Shown one piece after another: positions 24,468 through 34,537 of a DNA stretch of 35,552 nucleotides; the stretch's first letter is position 1, and every line of letters begins with the position of its first letter. This DNA comes from Jimgerdemannia flammicorona. Lineage: Eukaryota. The stretch is taken from contig RBNJ01000247.1 in the NCBI GenBank assembly GCA_003990765.1, positions 1-35,552 of the forward strand. The letters run 5' to 3'. The notes under the pieces are model-generated. The model ran no database searches. It saw nothing but the letters and a program-made list of their open reading frames with translations, and was not told the DNA's origin. The translations under genes were made by a program, and so were the position numbers.

Positions 24468-26898
24468 ACTCTTCCCTTCTTAGCTTTCGACATCCTCATT
24501 GGGGCCTTCTAATTTGTTCTGGTATTGTTATACCATTTGGATGATTCTTGTGGCTGTTTTTGTTAAGGATTTATTCAACTTTGTATTCTTCTTGGTCATT
24601 AATAATGACAGATACAGGTGGTTCTGTGGTTCAGTTCAGAAATATATCTTGGGCTTTCTGAAGTAGTGGTCTGACATGGCTGTCAACTTTGGAAAAATCT
24701 TCTTCAGAGTTCTCGAGTTCTCCTTTGGATGGATGGATGGAGATGGTGAAGAGAGGGCATTTCTTGGCCAATTTCTTGAGTTGTAGCTTGTTGATGTGGG
24801 TGATCTTTAGTCCAGAGTCACTAGAATTAAGTGGGTCCTTTTCATCTTGCAGTTTGAAGTTGTGGCATCCTTTCTTAATGGTCAGAGAATGGTTTACCCA
24901 ATCAATCATGGGGTTCTCTTGTTTCAACCATGGGGTTCTAAGGATGATTTCATTATCAGAGAGTGGTATGATCTGGAGGGTGACATGTTCTTGGTAGTCA
25001 CCAATTCAGAAGGGTAGATTGCAGACTTCTTTGCTAATAACATGTGAGGTTCCATCAGCTGTAGCAACTGCTTGAGTTTGTTATACCAGAGAGGTGAAGA
25101 CCTTAAGTCTGTTGGCTGTTTCTTCATTGATGAAGTTGCCTGAGACACTACTGTCTATTATAATCTTGACAGGTACTTGGTTGACAAAAGCTTTAAGTGT
25201 AAGTAGTTTGTCTGATCCAATGGTGATGATTTCGGTTATAGGACCTTTCCTTCTATTAGTTCTTCTTTGAGCCAGTTCATTGACACAAGAGAAGCAATCA
25301 TCAATTATTCAGGAAGAGTACATTCTAATACTATGAGGGCATCAGCCACTTGGTATATATCCATCTTTGATCTTCTTATAGAATTATTCTTCTTTGCTTA
25401 TGGTAGGTTGGGCTGGGGCCTTGTTCGATGAGCCAAATCCTTTGGATCCTCGGATGGTGGGCAGTAGTTCAGAGACTTCCTTGACTGTCAGGGTTGACTC
25501 GATTTTTTCGAATAGAATCTGGGTAATGCAGAAACCTATAGGAATCTTAAAGGGTGTCCAACTATAGTTTCGGATAAGAACAATAATTTTGCCTATGTAA
25601 TCCTCATCAATGACTCCTTCTTCTACTGAGAGTCCTTTCAATGCTAGGCTGCTGTGACAGTATATTCTTCCAACATATCCTTCAGGGATTTGGATACTGA
25701 TTCCTGTGTAGACTTGTTTGACTTCTTGGTTAGAAACTGTAGCTTCTTCAGCTATATATAGATCATATCCAGCTGCTTTTTGACTTCCTTTGGTTGGGGC
25801 CTTAGCAGTTTGTCTTAACTTGACAAAGTCTAGTATTCTGGTGATCAGGTTGTTAAGGTGGTGCAAAGTGGTAACAGTTGCTCATGTTGCTGTTTGGGGT
25901 TTTCAGTTAGGGCAGGCACTGGCCATGTGTCCTATCTTTCGACAATAGAAGCATGCTCTGCTTCTTCGAAGTTCATTCCTTTTACCTTCAGTGAGTTTCT
26001 TAAAGGTACTCGGTTGGATGGGTTCATGATTTCTGGGTGTCCAAGAGGTGGATGTGGAGGGAGCTTGGGATGCTTCATGCTTGGGTTCTTCTTTCTTGGT
26101 CCAAGTCTTTTCCTTGTTGTTGAATTGCCTTTGGGGCAGAATTGGTCTAGCTGTTAGGATTCACTTGACCATAGTCTTGATTCTGGCTAGGTACCATTGT
26201 TGGTGATCACAACCAACTGGACAGCCTTGTTCTCAGATTTTTCTAGTAAGCCATTCAGACAGGGCATTGAATAAATGGTCTGCTCTTGTACCATTTTGTA
26301 CTTCATCATTGGCAATATATCCTAGGCCAACAGTGTTCAGGAGTGACTTGAGTTTTGTACAGAAGGTTTCGAATTCTTCTTTGCTATATACATCAAATTT
26401 GAGATTGCAGAGTTTTACTCAAGATTCAGCAATCATGGTTTCACTGCAATATTGAGCAATCATGAGTTGTTTGAGTCTAGGGGCTGTAGGATGGGCTCCA
26501 TATCCTGGGGCATTGTTTGCTGTATTCTGAGTAACTACTGCAGGTCAGATATTCCATGTGAGGGGTTTTTCAGAAAGAGTTTGCCACCATTCTTTGGCAG
26601 GTCCTCAGAAGAATGTAACAACTCAGCAGACATAGGCTGTAGTGGTAGCAAAGAGTTGTTCCAGAGTGTGGTCTTGATTGTTTGTCAGAATGTGGTCAGC
26701 AACTCACTCATTGGTCTATTGATTGGCTTCGAAGTTGGTGTCAACTATACTAATGAAGCTTTGGACTTCTTGTGCAGTACCATTGAAGGTAGGTAGGCTC
26801 AGATTTTTGGTAGGTCTGGTTTGTTCAGCTAAGGCAGTAATGGTTGCTGCCATTATGGCTACCTGGGCTGTGAGGTCTAGAATCTGTTGGTTTGCCAT
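24463..26898 (-). pseudogene. E3 Gag-CCHC-dUTPase-PR fused to a chromodomain fragment and the ORF3 C-terminus
   Basis: MANQQILDL start; intact CFYCRKIGHMASAC at 25912-25953; junctions at ~24635-24644 and ~24538-24541. Confidence 0.85.
25425..25835 (-). pseudogene. dut: dUTPase domain in E3 (stop-free here)
   Basis: ORF 25384-25866 contains KAAGYDLY, GRIYCHSSLA, GVIDEDYIGKI, ITQI and RGSKGFGSS, covering all five trimeric dUTPase motifs. Confidence 0.93.
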
Positions 26899-27860
26899 GT
26901 TATTTACTGGAGGTGGTTGGACTGCTGGTAGTGGTGTTACTGGTACTACTTGAGGTACTAGTACAGAGTGTGATGGGGTTCTTTGGATCTGTTTAAGTTG
27001 CTGGAGTAGTAGTTGTAGATCTGGAGTAAGGGTTTGATAAATAGCTATTTGTTATTGTATAGGTATATTCTGTCCTGATAGAAGTGCATCTCCTTTGGTG
27101 GTGTATCCAGGATTGAATTCACTGAGATACTCCTCCTCTTCTTCAGTTTGGTCCCCATGTAGTTGGGTTTGCTCAGCGTCAAAGTAGATGGAATCAGTTG
27201 TATATCTGATTTCAGATAGACTTAATTCAAAGTCAAGTTTAGGTTCAGTATTGGTTTCAGATTCAGGTAGGGCTGTAGCAGGGCCTGCTTCAGGTTTGGG
27301 GTCAGGTAGTTGATGAAGAGTTTCTCTTGCTTCTTCTTTAAGAATATGGTGGGCCTTGCTGTTCTGGAATTAGTAGTATAATGTGGTCTTGGTCCTGGTA
27401 CGGTGAAAGTCGGTAGAGTTGAGCCACTTGGCTATAGAGGCTTGGGCTTCATGAGGAACTAAGGCTAGAAAGACTGCTACTGGTTGTCCTAGGTCACTCG
27501 GATTTGTAAAGCTGACAAAACTCTTATTAAGAAGAGTAAAGAAGGCTTCAATAAGACCTTCTTCATCTTGACTTGCTGAGTGTAGTGCAAGGAGTTTGGT
27601 GAATAGGGTTTCACCTATTTGCTAGTTTAACCAGAGTACTTCTTTCTTTGAATGAAGTTTGTCCCACTTGTTGCAGGTGTGGAGGTCAAATTGTCCTTGT
27701 ACATCAGGTTCAATTCTCTCCAGATTGTCAGATAGTTCAGGATAAATTCCAGTTCAGAGGTTGGGCTTTATACCAACTTATAGGAATTCTCAGAAGGGTT
27801 TGTAGTGGGGTGAGGAAGTGTCTTGAAGTGGGATTGGATTGTAAACTGCTACTACCAAGT

Positions 27861-28547
27861 TGTAAGAGGGTTACTTTTTTAGGGTAACCATTACATAGTT
27901 CTGGAAGGGTTTTCTGAAAGTTCTGGATGTTCTAGAAGACTGTTTTCTTATAGTTAAGATCAATTTCATATGGAGTATGTCCTCTATGCTTATTGATTTC
28001 AAGATCAGGTTGATGTCTCAACCAAAGTCCTTTTTCGGACTAGTTCTAAATATTCAGGAGTTTCCATATTTCAGGAAGTTCAAAAAACTAAGACCAGCTT
28101 AGTTGAATCAGTGTATCACTACAGACAATACCCAATTAGGAAATTTTGTGATAGGTTTAGGAGTGGGATCTAATGGAGAGCAGATTTACTTAAGAGTAGT
28201 TTGTAGGTTATTAAATAGGTTTATTCGCTATTTATGCTATTACTATACTAGGAGTAGTTGTGTGAAGGGATATTGTGGAGAAGTTTTCAGAAGTATTCTT
28301 GTGTGTTTGAGTCTGAGATTCTGAGGTCTGGGGGAGGGGGTATTTATACTAGTGAGGGGCTATCTGGACTATGCTAGATATGGATGTAGTACTAAGTACC
28401 TTGCTGAGTTGGAATGCAGTCACATAGTACAAGTGTGATCTGATATATCAAGAGATCATCTGACTGATGAGTCAGTTCATAGTCATGTCATATAAGGCTA
28501 ATCTAACTATACTATAACTGCTAGGCTATTTATAGGTTTAGGCACTA
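27861..28547 (-). repeat. E3 5' LTR, 3' portion
   Basis: Adjacent to the PBS and interrupted by E4. With 30657-31452 it sums to 1483 bp, versus 1482 bp for the 3' LTR. Confidence 0.95.
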
Positions 28548-28701
28548 TATAAGCGCACAACCTCCAAGCCACCGAAATTACACGTCACCCTCTGAACAAA
28601 GCCACTGAAATCACACGCGACCTCTGAACAAATCTGGAAATCACCTGCTTGATCATGAAGCTAAGTCAAACTGAAGTTACAGCACACAAAGCTGAGTCAA
28701 T

Positions 28702-29934
28702 ATGAAGTCACGGAACACAAGATCTACACAAACGGAATCTTACCAATCAGGACCAAATGTATATATACCAAGCACCGAGATACGTCGAATCAGAGAACCA
28801 AAACAAACAACAACCACAACTTCCAAACACACAAACATGACTACTGAAATCTACAACCATATCCGCGCTGACATTTAGAATGTCATTGTCAACCGAGCCA
28901 CACCTCCTCTGCCCCTCATGAATATCCATAGCCTGGCACCTCTCTACTTCGTGGAAGCCCGATGGAATGCCCTGAACATGCTTAATGAGGCCCACCAGAT
29001 CGGACAAATATCAAGCTACTACCAGATCGGCCGCCTCTTGGAAGACATGGTCGAACACCACCATGATACAGATATTACCCAGATGTCTCAACACCAGAAG
29101 CTCATTGCCCACAAACATCAAGAACTCTTCTATGAGTACAACACCTTTATTCCCCGCCTCTGAGTTACTACCAGCGAAATGGTTGCTACTCTGTCCTATG
29201 GCCAAATCAATGACATGATATAAGAAATCAACCACAAGTACCTCGAGTATATCGAAACCACAGACAGAACCTTCCCGCACCCCGATGACTATATCCTACA
29301 AATGCCTCAAGTTGGATATGCCATGAAGGATGTCTATGATATAATCCACTTTGATGAAGATGAAGCAGAAGACAATGATCCCTCTGACACTGATATGACC
29401 TCTAGCCAAGAATCTCTGCCAACCCTGATCACTCCGCCAACCTTGCCGATGAACTTACAACAGTTCATAACCACATATGAAACTTATTAGGACAATGACC
29501 ACTGGCATGAATACTAACCCGCGTTCACCCCTGATTACTTCAATTACAATGAAGAGACCGGAGAACACAACCTGTATCTTCAGACAACCCTCGAGATCGA
29601 ACCAACCACTCCACCACCCGAGTACGAGCGACATGAACTACAGCCGCCAGCATACTATAACCCCACAACTCATAGTGCTGTAACCTATAGAAGGTATGCA
29701 GACAGCGAATTCGATGAAAGCGAAGACAATACACCCATCCTTTGCCCACCAACACCTTATCCAGCATATGAAACAGATGATGCTATCCTGTGGGATGGAG
29801 ATGAAGTTCCAATGTATTATTATCTCAGCGAACAAGGAGAAGTAATCCGTGAACCATTATTCCTAGACGACTACTTCATCAGAGATGATGCAATTAATGG
29901 TAATGTCATCGAAGACTACCCAGATAGTGCCTAA
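28702..29934 (+). pseudogene. U3-encoded ORF-A (~410 codons), best-preserved copy; unknown protein with an acidic Tyr/Pro-rich C-terminal half
   Basis: Single frame from ATG 28702 to TAA 29932-29934 with no frameshift. It has 5 internal stops, 4 of which are TGG or CAA in other copies in this window. Confidence 0.8.
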
Positions 29935-30138
29935 ACCTATAAATAGCCTAGCAGTCATAGTATAGATAGATTAGCCTTATACGACATGACTGTGAACTGA
30001 CTCAGCAGTCAGACGATCTCTTGATATATCAGATCACACTTATACTATGTGACTGCATTCTGACTCAGCAAAGCACTTAGTGCTACATCTATATCTAGCC
30101 TAGTCCAGATAGCCCCTCACTAGTATAAATACCCCCTC

Positions 30139-30162
30139 TTTTTTTTTTTTTTATAGTCTATA
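30139..30162 (-). mobile_element. 24-nt abortive LINE insertion
   Basis: T14-ATAGTC matches the LINE 3' end at 16799-16818. Perfect 15-bp TSD TATAAATACCCCCTC (30124-30138 / 30163-30177). Confidence 0.85.
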
Positions 30163-30656
30163 TATAAATACCCCCTCCCCCAGACCTCAGAATCGGAGAC
30201 TTGAACAATCTGAACACAACTCCTGAGCACTTCCCCACAATACCCCTTCACATAAATACTCCTAGTATAGCAATATCATAAATAGCAAATAAACCTATTC
30301 CATAATCCACAAACCACTCTTAAGTAAATCCGCTCTCTGTTAGGTCCTACTCCTAACCCCATCACGAAATTTCCTAATTGGGTATTGTCTGCAGCGATAC
30401 GCCAATTCAACTAAGCTGGTCTTAGTTTCTTGAACTTCCTGAAATACAGAAAATCCTGAACATCCAGAACTAGTCTGAAAAAGGACTTTGGTTGAGACAT
30501 CAACCCGATCTTGAAATCAATAAGCATAGAGGACATACTCCATATGAAATTGATCTTGACCATAAGAAAACGGTCTTCTAGAACATCCAGAATATTCAGA
30601 AACCCTTTCCAGAACTACATAATGGTTACCCTAAAAAGTAACCCTCTTACACACTA

Positions 30657-31452
30657 TCTGGGTAGTCTTTGATGACATCACTATTGATGACATCATCGCT
30701 AGTAAAGTCTGAGCAGTTTTCTAACTTCTGACATTATTAGTTTCATGGTGTCATTACTTCTATCTCTTGCAAGATTAAGGCTGTCCTTAGTGGTGGTGGT
30801 TGTACAAGAATAACAGGTCTTGGTTCTCTTTTTTTTTGATCTGCTGGTGCATTTGCAAAAACTGGCCATTCTTGTCTAGGGCAAGAGCTTCCAATGTTAT
30901 AGCTGGGGGTTCAAACCTCTCAGAAATGATATTTTCTATAATCCGAGGCAATTTCTAGTAGTAATATCTGTCACATAGATGGCTTGAGATTGGTTTCGAT
31001 GATGTCGGCTTTCTTGAGTTCAGATGAAGCATCTGTCACTCTCTAATGGAGATGATACAGATAGAGCAAACAGAGTTGTTTAAATGTGTTTTGCTTCTAC
31101 TAAGTAATGAGGTCTTGTATAGTCACAGTATATTTTGGTCTTGAGTTGATAAGTACAGTTCATGAACCTTTTGATAGATGAGATAGGGTTCTTCTTATCT
31201 CAATTTGAGTTTGGTACTTTTGGTTTCTTTTTGTAATAGTACAGTATACTAAACTAGTTATAGTGGTTCAGAGTCAGTCTTATGGTTGTAGTACTTCTTC
31301 TAGTATTCTTATATCTTGGCGGTGGGTTCTCATACTTGCTAGCATATTTCATGTAACCAGATGATCTCTTATTTTGTAGTCTTGCATGTGGTTTCCAAAT
31401 TAGTTCTGAGGATAACATGTGATTTTGATGGCTTGGAGGTTGTGTGCTTACA
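30657..31452 (-). repeat. E3 5' LTR, 5' portion (type-B U3)
   Basis: Resumes after the E4 TSD and ends GCTTACA at 31452. Confidence 0.95.
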
Positions 31453-31457
31453 ATACC

Positions 31458-31858
31458 GAGTTGACAACCTCAAGCACAGACCATTTACAAAGCTGAACAG
31501 TAAGTTCATTAGACCATTTGAAGTTATCACACAAGTCTCTCCTACTTCCTACAAATTGGTGCTACTGGACACCATTAAGATTCACCTAGTCTTTAATGTC
31601 TAACGTCTCAAGCGATACAATGAGAATGATGACAAGCTATTTCCAAACCAGACCACCAAACCACCTGCACCTATCATTATTAATGACCAAGAAGAATACG
31701 AAGTTGAACAAATCCTCAACAAACATGGCCACAAAAACCACCCAGAGTACCTTGTCAAATGGAAAGGTTACCTAATCCATAATGCAACCTGGGAACCCAA
31801 GACCAATCTCCAGAATACTACCGACTTAGTTCAGGAATATGATCCCTTGAACAACTAA
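31458..31858 (+). pseudogene. E2 integrase C-terminus (GPY/F region) and chromodomain
   Basis: KLNSKFIRPFEV...IHLVFNV and EEYEVEQILNKHGHKNHPEYLVKWKGYLIHNATWEP. Confidence 0.95.
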
Positions 31859-32292
31859 AACTGAATACTCTGACACCTATCAGTACATACTATATACTAT
31901 ATCTTCTGAACATTATAATTATCACAAACCAAACCAAGAACTTAGCAAAACAAGACAAGAATACTGACTCTCTGGAAAAATAGCAAAACTGAAAGCAAGC
32001 CTATTCTCCCTGTACCACTGGTGGGAAACAAGGCATAGATATTTAAGAAGATTCCTTAGAGGAAATTCTCTAGCAGTGAATGATGTCAGAATCACTTCTG
32101 GTACACAGCATTGAATATATGACCCTTTAATGTGTGAATCCAATGCGTTAGGTAACTATACTATGAGCATGCCACTTTCTGAGAAAAATGGACTTCACCA
32201 GACTTTTGATCTCCCAAATGGGGTAACAACACTAGAATAAAATTAGAAGGCCCCAATGAGGACATCGAAAGCTAAGAAGGGGAGAGTTGTAA
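31839..32292 (+). pseudogene. E2 extra ORF3
   Basis: Reads MIP*TTKTEYSDTYQYILY...LYHWWETRHRYLRRFLRG...NGLHQTFDLPNGVTTLE. Stops are TGA/TAA of transition type, with one late 1-nt insertion. Confidence 0.55.
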
Positions 32293-33782
32293 GTGCACAA
32301 CCTCTAAGCCACCAAAATCGTATAGTATCTTCAGAACTAATTTGGAAACCACATGCGAGACTACAAAACAAGAGATCATATGGTTACACGAAATATGCCA
32401 GCAAGCACGAGAACCCACCACCAAGATACAAGAATACTAGAAGAAGTACTATAACCATAAAACTGACTCTGAACTGCTATAACTAGTTTGGTATACTATA
32501 CTATTACAAAAGAAACCTAAAAGTACCAAACTCAAATTGAGACAAGAAGAACCCTATCTCATCTACCAAAAGGTTCATGAACTGCACTTATCAACTCAAG
32601 ACCAAGATATACTGTGACTATATAAGACCTCATTACTTAGTGGAAGCAAAATACATTTGAATAACTCTGTTCACTCTATCTGTGTCACCTCCATTAGAGA
32701 GTGACGGACACTTCATCTGAACTCAAGAAAGCCGACAATATCAAAACCAATCTCAAGCCATCCACATGACAGATATTACTACTAGAAATTGCCTCGGATT
32801 ACAGATAATATCATTTCCAAGAGGTTCAAACCCCCAGCCATAATATTGGGAGCTCTTGCCCTAGACAAAAATGGCCAGTCCTTGCAAATGCACCAGCAAA
32901 CAAAAAAAAAAAGAGAACCAAGACCTGTTATTCTTATACAACCACCACCACTAAGGATAGTCTTAATCTTGCAAGCGATAGAAGTAATGATACCTTTGAA
33001 ACTGATGACATTAGAAGTCAAAAAACTGCTCAGACTTTGCCAGCGATGATATCATCAATGGTGATGTCATCGAAAGCTACCCAGATAGTGTCTAAACCTA
33101 TAAATAGCTTAGCAGTCATAGTATAGTTAGATTAGCCTTATATGATGTGACTGTGAACTGACTCAGCAGTCAGACGATCTCTTGACATGTCAGATCACTC
33201 TTATACTATGTGACTGCATTCTGACTCAGCAAAATACTTAGTGCTACATCCATATTCAGTATAGTCCAGATAGCCCCTCACTAGTATAAATACTCCCTCC
33301 CCCAGATCTTAGAATCTCAGACTTGAAAGATCTGAACAATCTGAAAACAACTCCTGAGCACTTCTCTATAATATCTCTTTATACAACTACTTCTAGTATA
33401 GCAATATCATGAATAGCAAATAAACCTATTTAATAACCCACAAACCACTCTTAAGTAAATCTGCTCCCTATTAGGTCTCACTCCTAACCCCATCATGAAA
33501 TTTCCTAATTGGGTATTGTCTGCAGCGATATGCCAATTTAACTAAGCTGGTCTTAGTTTCTTGAACTTCCTGAAATACAGAAAATCCTGAACATCAAGAA
33601 CTAGTCTAAAAAAGGACTTTGGTTGAGACATCAACCTGATCTTAAAATCAATAAGCATAGAGGATGTACTCTATACGAAATTGATCTTGATCATAAGAAA
33701 ACAGTCTTCCAGAACATCCAGAACTTCCAGAAAACCCTTCCAGAACTACATAATGGTTACCTTAAAAAGCAACCCTCTTACA
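32288..33782 (+). repeat. E2 3' LTR (type B, 1495 bp)
   Basis: Preceded by the PPT; direct repeat of 14003-15497. Confidence 0.95.
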
Positions 33783-33787
33783 CAACT

Positions 33788-34526
33788 CTTCCTAGATAAA
33801 TACTTCATCAGAGATGATGTCATTAATGGTGATATCATTGAAGACTACCCAGATAGTATCTAAATCTATAGATTAGCTTTATATGACATGACTGTGAACT
33901 GACTCAGCAGTTAGATAATCTCTTGATATATGTATCAGATCACACTTATACTATATAACTGTATTCTAACTCAGCAAGGCACTAAGTGCTACATCCATAT
34001 CTAGTATAGCCTAGATAGCCCCTCACTAGTATAAATACCCCCTCCCTCAGACCTCAGAATCTCAGACTTGAATACTTGAATAATCCAAACACAACCCCTG
34101 AACACTTCCCATAATATCTCTTTACACAACTACTCCTAGTATAGTAATATTATAAATAGTGAATAAACCTATTTAATAACCCACAAATTACTCTTAAGTA
34201 AATCTGCTTTCCATTAGATCCCACTTCTAACCCTATTATAAAATTTCCTAATTGGGTATTATCAGCAGTAATACACCAATTCAACTAAGCTGGTCTTAGT
34301 CTCTTGAACTTCCTGAAATATGGAAAATTCTGAATATCCAGAACTAGTCCAAAAAGAGACTTTGGTTGAGACATCAACCCAAACTTGAAATCAATAAGTA
34401 TAGAGGACATACTCTATATGAAATTGATCTTGACCTTAAGAAAACAGTCTTCCAAAATATCCAAAACTTCTAGAAAACCCTTTCAGAACTATGTAATGGT
34501 TACCCTAACAAGTAAACCCTCTTACA
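33788..34526 (+). repeat. E1 3' LTR, right part
   Basis: Continues the type-A sequence (CTTCCTAGAT...). Shares the E1-specific end CTAACAAGTAAA with the E1 5' LTR. Confidence 0.95.
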
Positions 34527-34531
34527 GTGTA

Positions 34532-34537
34532 CTTATA
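34532..34537 (-). repeat. Displaced terminus of LTR E0 (CTTATA from CTTACA)
   Basis: Completes GGTTGTGTG|CTTACA once E1 and one TSD copy are removed. Confidence 0.75.

Larger units (their letters stand above)
28548..30651 (+). mobile_element. E4: solo type-A LTR
   Basis: T(G>A)TAAG...CTTACA flanked by perfect TSD CACTA (28543-28547 / 30652-30656). No PBS or PPT adjacent. Confidence 0.95.
22986..31452 (-). mobile_element. E3: inverted non-autonomous deletion derivative (type-B LTRs) inserted in E2 integrase
   Basis: TSD ATACC (22981-22985 / 31453-31457). Has PBS, PPT, gag, dUTPase and PR, but no RT, RNase H or IN core. Confidence 0.95.
14003..33782 (+). mobile_element. E2: full-length chromovirus with type-B LTRs, inserted in the E1 3' LTR
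   Basis: TSD CAACT (13998-14002 / 33783-33787). Both LTRs are 1495 bp. Confidence 0.95.
4164..34526 (+). mobile_element. E1: full-length Ty3/Gypsy chromovirus with type-A LTRs (contains E2-E4 in its 3' LTR)
   Basis: LTR-PBS-gag-dUT-PR-RT-RH-IN-chromo-PPT-LTR order. TSD GTGTG (4159-4163) / GTGTA (34527-34531). Confidence 0.95.

Noticed and set aside
24535..24650. E3 deletions as spliced-out introns
   Set aside because: Breakpoints lie in direct microhomologies and lack GT...AG boundaries in the parent.
25858..26953. Antisense-to-gag ORFs recurring in several copies (also 7229-7639, 18994-19293)
   Set aside because: They recur only because the copies are homologous. They are shadow frames with variable ends.
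7127..31858. Alternative genetic code to explain in-frame stops shared between copies
   Set aside because: Homologous positions show TGG, CAA or CGA in other copies, and all three stop types occur, which fits transition decay.
32256..32486. ORF MRTSKAKKGRVV spanning the PPT and LTR start (also 24269-24499)
   Set aside because: Short, and its ATG is absent in E1 (CAACAAGG), so it is probably a by-product of CGA>TGA in the ORF3 frame.
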